64,000 nt of DNA, from contig CBDBDQ010000005.1 of the NCBI GenBank assembly GCA_965203905.1, positions 6,208,001 through 6,272,000 on the forward strand, read 5' to 3'. Shown in pieces: positions 29,937 through 39,777 of the stretch. The stretch comes from Spirochaetia bacterium. GTDB lineage: Bacteria; Spirochaetota; Spirochaetia; SZUA-6; Bin103. Within the stretch, counting starts at the first letter, position 1, and each line of letters opens with the position of its first letter. The notes below the pieces were generated by a model. It did not search any database. It saw nothing but the letters and a program-made list of their open reading frames with translations, and had not been told where the DNA came from. The translations under genes were made by a program, and so were the position numbers.

Positions 29937-31346
29937 TCAGCCCGCCGGCGCGAGCTGGATCTTGAAGGTATAGGCGTGGTCGCCCTTCAGGCGGCGCGGC
30001 ACCTTGATGCGCAGCCCCGCGTCCGAGCGCTGCCAGCGCAGTTCACCGGGCACTCCCAGGGCGCTGACCGACCGTACCTCGTCCTCGTAGAACAGGCGGA
30101 ACGCCTTGACCGTGAGGGCATCGCCCGGGCGTCCCAGGCAGATGGCGTACACCGCGTCGTCCCTGGTGGTGAAACGGACGTCCTCGGCGGTGAAACGCGG
30201 CTCGCTCTTCTCGGTGAAGTGGCCGCTGCCCTCCGGCTTGGTGGGCCCTTCGCCGTAGGACACCCACGGCGTGGTACCGAAGATCGCTTCGCCATTGACC
30301 TCCAGCCAGCGGCCGATGCCGCGCAGACACTCCACCGCCGGTGCCGGAATGGTGCCGTCGGGACGCGGACCGACGTTGAGCAGCAGGTGCCCGTTCTTGC
30401 TGACCCGGTCCACCAGGTTGTGCACCAGGCGTTCCACCGACTTGTAGCCGGCATCCTCGACGTACGACCACACGCCGTGAGCATCGACCGTGGTGTCGGT
30501 CAGCCAGACGTGGTTGGTCAGATCCCACATGCGGCCCAGTTCCAGGTCTGCCACGCCAGTCATCGGCGGCAGGTTGAACCAGCCCTTGGGTATCTCCTTG
30601 AAGGTCACCACCACGTCCCTGCCCCACTCCCGCTCCTTGTTGTAGTAGTAGGCCAGGAACCGCTTGCGGCGCTGCTCGCGGATGAAGCCGAGCCCGAAGT
30701 CGAACCAGATCAGGTCGGGCCGGTAGCCGTCGATCACCTCGTAGAGCTTGCCCTCCCAACGGTCCAGAAACCACTCGTCCGGGCGCTCGGCGGCGCCGTG
30801 CGGGCCGGTGTACAGGTCGCGATAGCGGGGGTCCGCGCAATCGTAGCGCGAGTCGTGGGTGGGGAACATGTACCAGTTCTGGGCGTGGTGGAAGGTGGCG
30901 GCGAATTTCATCCCCCGGGCGCGAATCGCCGCCGCCAGCTCGCCGGTGACGTCCCGTTTCGGACCCATCCGCGCGGCGTTCCAGGAGTTGATGCGCGAGT
31001 CCCACATGGAGAACCCGTCGTGGTGTTCCGCTACCGGACCGGCGAAGCGCGCACCGGAAGCCGCGAACAGCTCCGCCCACTCGTCGGCATCGAACTTCTC
31101 CGCGGTAAACCGTTCGATCAGTTCCTTGTAGCCACACTGTTCCGGCGCACCGAAGGTCTCGCTGTGGTAGCGGTACTCCGGCCGTTCCGGGTCGTACATG
31201 TGCCTGGGATACCAGGTGCCGTTGGTACCGTACGCCGCCACCGAGTAGGGACCCCAGTGCGTATAGATGCCGTACTTGGCCTCCAGAAACCAGCGCGGCG
31301 TCGGATGAGTCGCCAGAGACGACCAGGTTGGTTGGTACTCGCCCAT
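29937..31346 (-). CDS. Alpha-L-fucosidase (GH29)
   Basis: KYGIYTHWG, EHHDGF, PDLIWFD, VSKNGHLLLNVGP, NGEAIFGT; start MGEYQPTW behind an AAGGAGG RBS. Confidence 0.93.
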   Translation of the reverse strand: MGEYQPTWSSLATHPTPRWFLEAKYGIYTHWGPYSVAAYGTNGTWYPRHMYDPERPEYRYHSETFGAPEQCGYKELIERFTAEKFDADEWAELFAASGARFAGPVAEHHDGFSMWDSRINSWNAARMGPKRDVTGELAAAIRARGMKFAATFHHAQNWYMFPTHDSRYDCADPRYRDLYTGPHGAAERPDEWFLDRWEGKLYEVIDGYRPDLIWFDFGLGFIREQRRKRFLAYYYNKEREWGRDVVVTFKEIPKGWFNLPPMTGVADLELGRMWDLTNHVWLTDTTVDAHGVWSYVEDAGYKSVERLVHNLVDRVSKNGHLLLNVGPRPDGTIPAPAVECLRGIGRWLEVNGEAIFGTTPWVSYGEGPTKPEGSGHFTEKSEPRFTAEDVRFTTRDDAVYAICLGRPGDALTVKAFRLFYEDEVRSVSALGVPGELRWQRSDAGLRIKVPRRLKGDHAYTFKIQLAPAG

Positions 31347-31408
31347 GACTCTATCTGTTTCCTCCTTGAAACAGTGTGGTTGGCTGTCCTGTCGGTGCAG
31401 GCGGTTGG

Positions 31409-31765
31409 TTACAGGTCGATGATCAGCCGCCCGGCGGCGAAGCGTGCCGGGTAGCGACGCACGCGCACGTTGGGGGTCGCGAGCGCGCTGCCGTCGCTGA
31501 GACGAAACGCCCAGCCGTGCCACGGGCACTGCAGCACCGCCTCGCGACCGGTAAACACGGGGCGCCCCGACTCCAGACGGGCGCAGGCCTGCTCCCGCAC
31601 GCGTCCCGACGACAACGCGGCGCCCTGGTGTGGGCACTGGTCGCGCAGTGCGTGCAGCCGCCCGCCGCGGTGCACCACCACCAGCGCCCGGTTGCCCGCC
31701 TGCACGCGGCGCATGCTGCCCTCCGGAAACGCGTCCTCCGGACCTACGTCTACCGGCGTGGCCAC
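31409..31765 (-). CDS. Rieske [2Fe-2S] ferredoxin
   Basis: CPHQG ... CPWHGW. Confidence 0.92.
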   Translation of the reverse strand: MATPVDVGPEDAFPEGSMRRVQAGNRALVVVHRGGRLHALRDQCPHQGAALSSGRVREQACARLESGRPVFTGREAVLQCPWHGWAFRLSDGSALATPNVRVRRYPARFAAGRLIIDL

Positions 31766-31807
31766 AGGCCTCCCCGACCGCGGACCGTCGCTGCGCGCGA
31801 GGTACGG

Positions 31808-32944
31808 CTACCCGGCACGCTCGAAGTCGTAGAATGCGCGGGCGTTGTCGGCGACCACGGCGCGGCGCAATGGCGTGTCTCCCAATGCCTGCAGCGCACG
31901 GTCGGGGGCGTCGAAGTCCCAGTGCGGGTAGTCGGTGGCGAACATCAGGAAGTCGTCGCGCCCGAGCATGGCGATGACCTGGCGCAGGTGCTGCGGGTCT
32001 TCCGGCTCCTCCATCGGCTGCGTCGTGGCGCGGAAGCGCTCGCGGATGTACTCGCTGGGCAGCCTGGTGAGCCACGGAACCTCTTCCCGCAACCCCTTGT
32101 AGTTCTTGTCGAGGCGCCACATCAGCGGCGGCAGCCAGGCGAAACCGCCCTCGATGAGGCCGATGCGGCACTCCGGCAGCTCCTCCAGCACGCCCTCGCA
32201 CACCAGGCTGATCACCTGCGACTGGAACGCCTGCGCCATGCCGGTGTGGTCCTCGATGTAGTAGGACGGCCAGCCGACACCGGTGATCGCCGTGCCCCCG
32301 CCGCCGAAGTGGATGCCCACCGGCAGCCCTTCCTCGGTGGCCGCGCGGAAGATCGGCCGGAAGCGCTGCCGGCCGTACGGCTCCGGCGAGCGCACCAGCA
32401 ACAGCACCTGCACGAAACGCCCGTCCCGTGCCACGGCATGAATCTCCTCGGCCGCGGCCTCCGGATCCTCGATGTTGACCACGATGGAACCGCGCCAGCG
32501 CGGATCGGCGTCCAGCCAGTGGGCCGCGGTCCAGCGGTTCACCGCGCGTGCCAACTCACTGCCCAGGTGCAGGTTGCGCACCTGGGAGTGGGCGTACAGC
32601 GGATTCAGCACCGCGTAGGTCAGGCCCCAGGTGTCGAGCAGCTGGTGCGCCGCGAACTGCGGATCGGTGCCCGGCTTGCCGCCGCCCGGGGGATAGGCGT
32701 CGCGCCGGGCGGCGTTGGCATGCACCTTGGGATAGAGGTTCGCCAGCGGCCCGGGGTATTCGATGTGCTCCACGAACGAGCGCCAGCGCGGCGCCATGAA
32801 CGGCAACAGCACCTCAATCGACTCGGGGTAGTTGTGGGCATCGCAATCGATGTAGCCGGTGCTGCGAGGCCGGGCGGAGCCGTTGTGCTCCTGCGTGTGC
32901 TGGGCCGGCGCTCTGGCGCCGGGCCGCGTCAAGATATCCGCCAT
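31808..32944 (-). CDS. Amidohydrolase-fold (Amidohydro_2) metalloenzyme, possibly a dinuclear oxygenase
   Basis: IDCDAH, PVGIH, IEGG, FATDYPHWD; directly upstream of the Rieske gene. Confidence 0.88.
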   Translation of the reverse strand: MADILTRPGARAPAQHTQEHNGSARPRSTGYIDCDAHNYPESIEVLLPFMAPRWRSFVEHIEYPGPLANLYPKVHANAARRDAYPPGGGKPGTDPQFAAHQLLDTWGLTYAVLNPLYAHSQVRNLHLGSELARAVNRWTAAHWLDADPRWRGSIVVNIEDPEAAAEEIHAVARDGRFVQVLLLVRSPEPYGRQRFRPIFRAATEEGLPVGIHFGGGGTAITGVGWPSYYIEDHTGMAQAFQSQVISLVCEGVLEELPECRIGLIEGGFAWLPPLMWRLDKNYKGLREEVPWLTRLPSEYIRERFRATTQPMEEPEDPQHLRQVIAMLGRDDFLMFATDYPHWDFDAPDRALQALGDTPLRRAVVADNARAFYDFERAG

Positions 32945-33011
32945 GAGTCGCATCATAGCGTATCCGGCGCATCCCTTGCATCTCTTGCGGCGACCGGATA
33001 TTACCTCTCCC

Positions 33012-34760
33012 ATGACACACTTCGTGAGCTGGCGCGAGCGGATGCGGGGCCGCAACGCCGCGCCGGTGGTGGATCACCCGTCCCTGTCCTGGTGGCGCGA
33101 GGCGCGCTTCGGAATGTTCATCCATTGGGGTCTCTACGCCATCCCCGCCGGGATCTGGAAGGGCGAGCCGGTGGAGGGGATCGGTGAGTGGATCATGTTC
33201 CGCGCGCGCATCCCACGCCGCGAATACGAGCCGCTGGCGAAACGGTTCAACCCGACGCGGTTCGACGCCCGTGCGTGGGTGCGGCTGGCGCTGGACGCCG
33301 GCATGCGCTACCTGGTGATCACCGCCAAGCACCATGACGGGTTTGCGCTGTATCGTTCCCCCTGCTGCCCCTACAACATCGTCGACGCCACGCCGTTCGC
33401 TCGCGACCCGCTCGCCGAGCTGGCGGAGGCGTGCCGGGAGGCAGGCCTCAAGCTCGGCTTCTACTACTCCCAGGACCAGGACTGGCACGATCCGGACGGG
33501 TCGCGCAACGATTGGGATTTCGTGGAGGAGGAAAAGGACTTCGCCGCCTACCTGGAGCGCAAGGTCAAGCCGCAGGTGCGCGAGCTGCTCACCCAGTACG
33601 GCCCGGTGGGCCTGATCTGGTTCGACACGCCCTACACCATCAGCCGCGAACACAGCATCGAGCTGCGCGATTTCGTGCATCGGCTGCAGCCCGACTGCCT
33701 GGTCAGCGGCCGCATCGGCAACGACGTCGGCGACTACGGCAGCCTGGGCGACAACCAGATTCCCGCCGGCCGGGTGCGCGCCGACTACGAGACACCGGCC
33801 ACGCTCAACGACACCTGGGGCTTCAAGAGCACCGATCACAACTGGAAGTCGGCCGAGACCCTGATCCTGCTGCTGATCGACCTGGCGAGCAAAGGGGTCA
33901 ACTACCTCCTGAACGTGGGTCCTACGGCGGAAGGGGTGATCCCGGAGCCCAGCGCGGAGCGGCTGCGCGCCATCGGCGCCTGGATGCGCACCAACGGCGA
34001 GGCGATTTACGGCACCGGTGGCAGCCCTTTTCCCTACGAGCACGACGGACTGCGCATGACGGTGAAGCCGGGGCGCCTGTTCCTGCACCTGCTGCAGCCG
34101 GCGGCAACGCTGGTGATCCACGGGCTGCGCACCAAGGTGACGGGCGCACGCCTGCTGGGGTCGACCGCGGCGGTGCGCTGCACGCAGGACCGGACCGCCG
34201 CCGGCGAGGTCGACCGCCTGTCCCTGGATCTGCCCGACCTGAGCGGCTGCGACCAGGTGCCGGTGGTGGCCCTCGATCTCGCCGCCGAGGCCGAGGCCGA
34301 TCCTCTCACCGTGCAGCAGCCCGACGGCGCCATCCACCTCCACGCGCACCTGGCAAGCGTGGCCAGACCCGACGACTCGACGCTCGAGATCCTCTCCAAC
34401 GGCATGACCGCCGGTTGGATGGACACCGCGAGTGAGCTCTCCTGGCAGGTGAAGGTGTTCCAGCCCGGCAGCTTCGAGGTGGCCGTCGTCGCCGCGCCGG
34501 TCTACGAGACCACCGAGGTGAGCGAGCACCGCCTGGAGATCGCCTGCGGGGGCAGCTCGGCCGGCGGGCCGCTGCGCGACGCGCGTGCGCTCGATTCCCC
34601 GCGTGCGCAGTACTTCCCCGAGTATTCGGTGCCGCTCGGCACCGTCGCGGTCGATGCGCCGGGCACGCACCGCTTCACGCTGCGCGCCACCGGCATCGTT
34701 GCCGGGACGCCGGACGGCGTCACCGTGTTCGGCGCCACCCTGCGGCAGGTTGCGCCGTGA
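33012..34760 (+). CDS. Alpha-L-fucosidase (GH29) with a C-terminal beta-sandwich extension; start uncertain
   Basis: RFGMFIHWG, KHHDGF, LIWFDT, NYLLNVGP, NGEAIYGT. Confidence 0.92.
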   Translation: MTHFVSWRERMRGRNAAPVVDHPSLSWWREARFGMFIHWGLYAIPAGIWKGEPVEGIGEWIMFRARIPRREYEPLAKRFNPTRFDARAWVRLALDAGMRYLVITAKHHDGFALYRSPCCPYNIVDATPFARDPLAELAEACREAGLKLGFYYSQDQDWHDPDGSRNDWDFVEEEKDFAAYLERKVKPQVRELLTQYGPVGLIWFDTPYTISREHSIELRDFVHRLQPDCLVSGRIGNDVGDYGSLGDNQIPAGRVRADYETPATLNDTWGFKSTDHNWKSAETLILLLIDLASKGVNYLLNVGPTAEGVIPEPSAERLRAIGAWMRTNGEAIYGTGGSPFPYEHDGLRMTVKPGRLFLHLLQPAATLVIHGLRTKVTGARLLGSTAAVRCTQDRTAAGEVDRLSLDLPDLSGCDQVPVVALDLAAEAEADPLTVQQPDGAIHLHAHLASVARPDDSTLEILSNGMTAGWMDTASELSWQVKVFQPGSFEVAVVAAPVYETTEVSEHRLEIACGGSSAGGPLRDARALDSPRAQYFPEYSVPLGTVAVDAPGTHRFTLRATGIVAGTPDGVTVFGATLRQVAP

Positions 34761-35545
34761 AGCTGGGCTACAGCGCCATCTTCTGGCAGGAGCCGGACCT
34801 GGAGCGGTGCCTGGCCGAGCTGGCGGCCGCCGGATGGGAAGGCTGGGAATGCCGCCTGCCGCTGGACTGGCTCGGGCCGCCCGCCCGCGTCCGGCGCGTG
34901 TGCGCCGACGCCGGCATGCCGCTGGCGGTCTACACCGCGCGCGGCAACCCCGAGGACCGGAGCTGGAGCAACACCGAGGCGAACCGCCGGCGCATCGAGT
35001 TTGCCGCCGAGATGGAGGCCGACTGCTTCATGTTCATGACCGGTCCCAAGCCGGCCGGCCGCGCGGTCACCGCCGGCGATCTGCAGGCCGCCGCGGAGGC
35101 GGCCGACGCGTGGGCGGAGTATGGCGCGGCCCGTGGCGTCGAGTTGAGCTACCACATTCACACCAACACCCTGGTCGACTCGATGGCGGACTGGCGCGCC
35201 TACCTGGGGATGCTGCAGCGGGCGCAGCTCTGCATCGACGTGTCCCACGCCCAGCTCTGGGGCGCCGATCCGGTGGCCGCGCTGCGCGAGTTCGCGCCGC
35301 GCCTGAACTACGTCCACCTGCAGGATTACCGCTCCACCTCGCGCGACCCCGACGGTACCTATCAGCCGGTGTGGTGCGACGTGGGCGCCGCCGAGGCGGT
35401 CGACTTTCGGGCGGTGATGGCGGTGCTGGCGGAGATCGGCTTCCAGCGCTGGGTCACCGCCTGCCCGCGGCGCGGCGACGAGCCGCTGGCCGAAGCGCGC
35501 CGCAGCCGCACCGCGCGCGACTACCTGCGCCGCCTCGGTTATTGA
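34757..35545 (+). CDS. Sugar phosphate isomerase/epimerase (AP endonuclease 2 TIM barrel)
   Basis: GWEGWE, YHIH, CIDVSH, YVHLQD; GTGA-coupled to the fucosidase. Confidence 0.85.
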   Translation: MKLGYSAIFWQEPDLERCLAELAAAGWEGWECRLPLDWLGPPARVRRVCADAGMPLAVYTARGNPEDRSWSNTEANRRRIEFAAEMEADCFMFMTGPKPAGRAVTAGDLQAAAEAADAWAEYGAARGVELSYHIHTNTLVDSMADWRAYLGMLQRAQLCIDVSHAQLWGADPVAALREFAPRLNYVHLQDYRSTSRDPDGTYQPVWCDVGAAEAVDFRAVMAVLAEIGFQRWVTACPRRGDEPLAEARRSRTARDYLRRLGY

Positions 35546-35706
35546 GTCCCGCGCCCGCGCGAGCACGGCTGCCCGTTCATGCGCCAACGGGCACAGCGAG
35601 CACAAAACGGGCACGCGTCTTGTTGGCAACTGCGCGGTGATGAGATAGAGTCGCAAGTTACGGAATAGGCGCCGGGCGGTCGTTGCCGGCGCCGAAGGAG
35701 AGAGAC

Positions 35707-37017
35707 ATGAACCGCAAACAATGGTTTCGGTTGGCCGCGGCGTTGCTGCTTGCCGGCAGCGCACCGCTGGCGCTGGCGCAGGAGCTTTCCCTCCTGCAGT
35801 GGAGCCACTTCGTGCCGCGCTACGACAAGTGGTTCGATGCCTGGGCCGAGGATTGGGGCGAGGCGAACGGAATGAGGGTACGTGTCGACCACGTCAACGT
35901 GGCGGAGCTGCCGGCGGCCCTGACCGCGGCCATCGAGGCCGGCGAGGGCCCCAGCATCATCGAGATGGCGTTCCCGCCCACCGCCTTCATCGAGGGGCTG
36001 CACCCACTCAACGACATCAACGCGGCGGCGGAGGCCGAGCACGGGGAGCGCACCGCCAACTGCCTGGCCACCAGCTACCTGCCGATCAACGACACCTTCG
36101 TCGGCTTCACCCACGGCTACATCCCCGACCCGGGCGACTACCAGATCAGCCTCTGGGAGGACATCGGCATGCCGGCCGGTCCCTCCACCTGGGACGAGCT
36201 GTACGAGGGCGGGCGCGCGATCTGGCAGCAGCACGGCGTCCCGGTCGGCATCGGCTTGAGCCCCGAGCTTGACAGCCGCATGGCCACGCGCGCGGTGATC
36301 TGGTCGCACGGCGGCAGCGTGCAGGATGAGAATGAGAACGTGGTGCTGAACTCACCGGAGACTGTCGCCGCGGTCAAGTACTACGCCAAGCTGCAGAACG
36401 ACGCGATGACCGACGAGGTCTTCGGCTGGACCGCCTCCTCCAACAACCAGGGGCTGATCGCCGGCGAACTGAGCTACATCCTCAATTCGATCTCCGCCTA
36501 CCGCTCGCTGCAGAAGATCGACGAGGAAGCGGCGGCCGACATCGGCTTCGTGCCGGCGCTGGCGGGTCCCGCGGGCGCCTTCGCCTCCAGCCACGTGTGG
36601 CAGATCTACGTGATTCCCAAGTACGTCCAGGGCGCGGAGCTGGAAGCGGCCAAGAAGTTCATCCTCGACCACACCGCGGTGTACAGCGATGCGGTGTACA
36701 ACTCAGAGCTGTACAACTTCCCCTGCTACCCGAGCACCGTGCCCGAGCTGTCCGGCTGGGTGGAGAACGACCCGTTCGGCTCGCAGCCGGCGGACAAGCT
36801 CAAGGTGCTGGAGACGGTCAACGACTGGTCGGTGTACATCGGTTACCCGGGCACCGCCAACCCGGCCGTGATGCAGGCATTCGGCGAGAACCTGGTCGTC
36901 AACATGGTGGCCAGGGTCGCCAAGGGCGAGCAGAGCGCCGAGGATTCGGTGGCCGAGGCGCACGCGCGTGCGGAGGAGATCTTCGCCGACTGGCGCGCCC
37001 GCGGCTACCTGCGCTGA
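35707..37017 (+). CDS. Carbohydrate ABC transporter substrate-binding protein
   Basis: Signal peptide ending ALA; QWSHFVP, PSTWDEL; AAGGAG RBS. Confidence 0.9.
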   Translation: MNRKQWFRLAAALLLAGSAPLALAQELSLLQWSHFVPRYDKWFDAWAEDWGEANGMRVRVDHVNVAELPAALTAAIEAGEGPSIIEMAFPPTAFIEGLHPLNDINAAAEAEHGERTANCLATSYLPINDTFVGFTHGYIPDPGDYQISLWEDIGMPAGPSTWDELYEGGRAIWQQHGVPVGIGLSPELDSRMATRAVIWSHGGSVQDENENVVLNSPETVAAVKYYAKLQNDAMTDEVFGWTASSNNQGLIAGELSYILNSISAYRSLQKIDEEAAADIGFVPALAGPAGAFASSHVWQIYVIPKYVQGAELEAAKKFILDHTAVYSDAVYNSELYNFPCYPSTVPELSGWVENDPFGSQPADKLKVLETVNDWSVYIGYPGTANPAVMQAFGENLVVNMVARVAKGEQSAEDSVAEAHARAEEIFADWRARGYLR

Positions 37018-37072
37018 CCCGTTGACGCGGGCCGACCGCTTGGTTTGGTCGGTCCACCGTGGCGGTGACGGC

Positions 37073-38260
37073 ATGTTGATACATCGGCTCAAGGTGGCCG
37101 GCCTGTTGTCGTTCGGGCCGGAAGGGATCGACCTGCCGTTGCAGCCGCTCAACGTCCTGATCGGTCCGAACGGCTCGGGGAAGTCGAATCTGCTCGAAGT
37201 GCTGGCGCTGTTACGCGCGTCACCGGATGACCTTCCGGCGCCAATCAAGGCGATAGGTGGCGTGGAGGAGTGGCTGTGGAAGGTGCCGACGGTTGCCGGC
37301 CTGACGAATGCGGTGAGCGTGGCGACCATCGACGCGGTCGTCGAGTCTCCGTCGCAGGGAAAGATGCCGGTACGTCATGTCCTGGAGATCATTCGGCACG
37401 GCGACCGGTTCGAGGTCGCAGACGAACGCATCGAAAACGAACGTCCACAGCAAGGCTTTCAAGACACATTCTTCTATCGCTACCAGAGGGGAGAGCCGGT
37501 CATCAATGACCCGGAAGTCCGTGGGCTTCGACGGGAGAGCGTGAAACCGGAGAAGTCGATCCTGTCGCAGGTGAAAGACCCCGAGCGGTATCCGGTTCTC
37601 GGCTGGCTCCAGGAACAATACGAACGGATCCGCCTGTACCGGGACTGGACGTTCGGTCCGTCTACGCCGCTGCGGCGCATGCAGACCAGTCACGGCAGAG
37701 ACGACATTCTCGACGACGGCGCCAATAATCTGATTCTCGTGCTCTCCAACATTCTGCCGCGCATCGAGAATCGCTTCGTCGATGCGCTGCGCCAATTGTA
37801 CGAAGGCGTAGATGGTATCTACGTAACGATTCGGGACGGCAACCTCCTACTGTCTCTGAAAGAGAGTGGCGGGCGTCTGATCACCATGGCCCGTCTTTCC
37901 GACGGTACGCTGCGGTATCTGACACTCCTGTCCATCTTGTTGCATCCCGAGCCTCCGCCGCTGGTTGCGATCGAGGAACCGGAGCTCGGGATTCATCCGG
38001 ATCTGATCCCGGAGATAGCCGAACTCCTGGTCGAGGCGTCCGGGCGCATGCAACTCGTGGTGACGACCCACTCCCGGATGCTGGTAGATGCGCTTACCGA
38101 GCACCCTTCCAGCGTAGTCGTATGTACCAAGGAGAATGGCGAATCGCAGTTCGAACGTCTGGACGAAGCGCACTTGAAGAGGTGGTTGGAGGATTACAGC
38201 CCAGCGGCAACGTTAGGCGACCTCTGGAGTAGCGGGGACATCGGGGGCAACCGTTGGTAA
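37073..38260 (+). CDS. ABC-type AAA_21 ATPase (defence-associated)
   Basis: LIGPNGSGKSNL, LSDGTLR, IEEPELGIHP, TTHS. Confidence 0.9.
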   Translation: MLIHRLKVAGLLSFGPEGIDLPLQPLNVLIGPNGSGKSNLLEVLALLRASPDDLPAPIKAIGGVEEWLWKVPTVAGLTNAVSVATIDAVVESPSQGKMPVRHVLEIIRHGDRFEVADERIENERPQQGFQDTFFYRYQRGEPVINDPEVRGLRRESVKPEKSILSQVKDPERYPVLGWLQEQYERIRLYRDWTFGPSTPLRRMQTSHGRDDILDDGANNLILVLSNILPRIENRFVDALRQLYEGVDGIYVTIRDGNLLLSLKESGGRLITMARLSDGTLRYLTLLSILLHPEPPPLVAIEEPELGIHPDLIPEIAELLVEASGRMQLVVTTHSRMLVDALTEHPSSVVVCTKENGESQFERLDEAHLKRWLEDYSPAATLGDLWSSGDIGGNRW

Positions 38261-38634
38261 GCGCGGTCATCTACACCGAGGGTGGCGGCGAAGGGCAACT
38301 GCATGAAAGGAATTTCCGCAAGGGCTGGAGCGAATTCTTCAGATCGGCCGGTCCTTCCGGCCGCATGCCTGCCATCGTACGAGGCGGTGGGCGCAAGCAG
38401 ACGTACGAGAAGTTCGCTCATGCAGTTCGCAATCCGAATGGTCGTAAGCTCCCTGTCGTGCTGGTAGATAGCGAAGATAGAGTCAAGGAAGCACACACCG
38501 CATGGCAACATCTGCAGAGTCGTGATTGCTGGTCGCGACCGCGGCGTGCCCGGGACGATCAGGCGTTTCTCATGGTAGTGGCGATGGAGACGGGATCGGT
38601 TGCGAGGCCTGTCGTGATCCATGATAACGACTGA
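38254..38634 (+). pseudogene. Truncated DUF4276-like (TOPRIM-like) partner protein
   Basis: IYTEGGG, RGGGR, LVDSED, AWQHL; similarity stops at MVVAMET, where family members continue (ExW...D). Confidence 0.7.
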
Positions 38635-38706
38635 TCCGATTGCAGGGACGCCGCTGCCCCGTGAGGTGACCACAGCCAATGGCCGGCGATCTGCTCAGGA
38701 GCGGGC

Positions 38707-39777
38707 GTGAGCGCGGTACGCTTGGCCGGGGTCGTGAAGCGGTTCGGGGATGTCGTAGCCGTGGCGGGGGTCGACCTGGAGGTGGAGTCGGGCGAGTTCC
38801 TGGTCGTGCTGGGACCTTCCGGGTGCGGCAAGACCACGCTGATGCGCACCGTGGCCGGGCTGGAGACGCCGACCGCGGGGCGGGTGCACATCGGCGAGCG
38901 CGACGTAACCGCGCTGCCGCCGCGCAAACGGGGCATCGCCATGGTGTTCCAGTCCTACGCGCTCTACCCGCACATGACGGTGGCGGGCAACATCGCCTTC
39001 CCGCTCAAGGCGCAGGGGCGCTGTCCCGACCGCGCGGAGCGTGCCGAGCGAGTGCGGCAGGCGGCACGCAAGGTGAGCATCGACCACCTGCTCGGCCGGC
39101 GCCCGCGCCAGCTCTCCGGCGGCGAGCGGCAGCGGGTGGCGATCGCGCGCGCAATCGTCACCGAGCCGGAAGTGCTGCTGCTGGACGAGCCGCTCAGCAA
39201 CCTGGACGCCAAGCTGCGCGCCTACGCCCGCGACGAGTTGAAGTTCTTCCAGCGCGAGCTGGGCATCACCACCATCTTCGTGACCCACGACCAGATCGAG
39301 GCGATGGGCCTGGGCGACCGCATCGTGGTGATGGAGCAGGGGCTGGTGCAGCAGGTGGGGCCCCCGCAGGCGATCTACGACCGGCCCGCCAACACCTTCG
39401 TGGCCACCTTCCTCGGCTCGCCGGGCATGAACCTGCTGCCGGTGGCGGAGGATGAGCTGCTCGGCTTCCGGCCCGAGCACCTGCAGCCGGCAGCGGACGG
39501 GGCGACTGCCGCGGGCTCCGCCCGGCGCTTCGACTACCAGGTTACGCGCCAGGAGTACCTGGGCGCCGACCGCCTGCTGTACGGCAACGTCGAAGACTTC
39601 CAGGGCAACCCGCAGCTCACGCTCGCCCGGCTGCCGAGCACCGTGACCGTGGCGCTGGAGGTGGGCAGGAGCTACCCCTTCGCGGTCACGCGGGCACACC
39701 GCTTCGACCGCCGCAGCGGCCGGCGGATGCAGGACGCCGCCGCCGCAGGCGCGGGAGTGGGGACCGCCGCGCCGTGA
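38707..39777 (+). CDS. Carbohydrate ABC transporter ATP-binding protein
   Basis: [36 protein letters not shown]. Confidence 0.95.
   Translation: MSAVRLAGVVKRFGDVVAVAGVDLEVESGEFLVVLGPSGCGKTTLMRTVAGLETPTAGRVHIGERDVTALPPRKRGIAMVFQSYALYPHMTVAGNIAFPLKAQGRCPDRAERAERVRQAARKVSIDHLLGRRPRQLSGGERQRVAIARAIVTEPEVLLLDEPLSNLDAKLRAYARDELKFFQRELGITTIFVTHDQIEAMGLGDRIVVMEQGLVQQVGPPQAIYDRPANTFVATFLGSPGMNLLPVAEDELLGFRPEHLQPAADGATAAGSARRFDYQVTRQEYLGADRLLYGNVEDFQGNPQLTLARLPSTVTVALEVGRSYPFAVTRAHRFDRRSGRRMQDAAAAGAGVGTAAP

Noticed and set aside
31347-32201. Extension of the GH29 ORF to 754 aa
   Set aside because: Overlaps the Rieske and amidohydrolase genes; RBS and homology begin at 31346.
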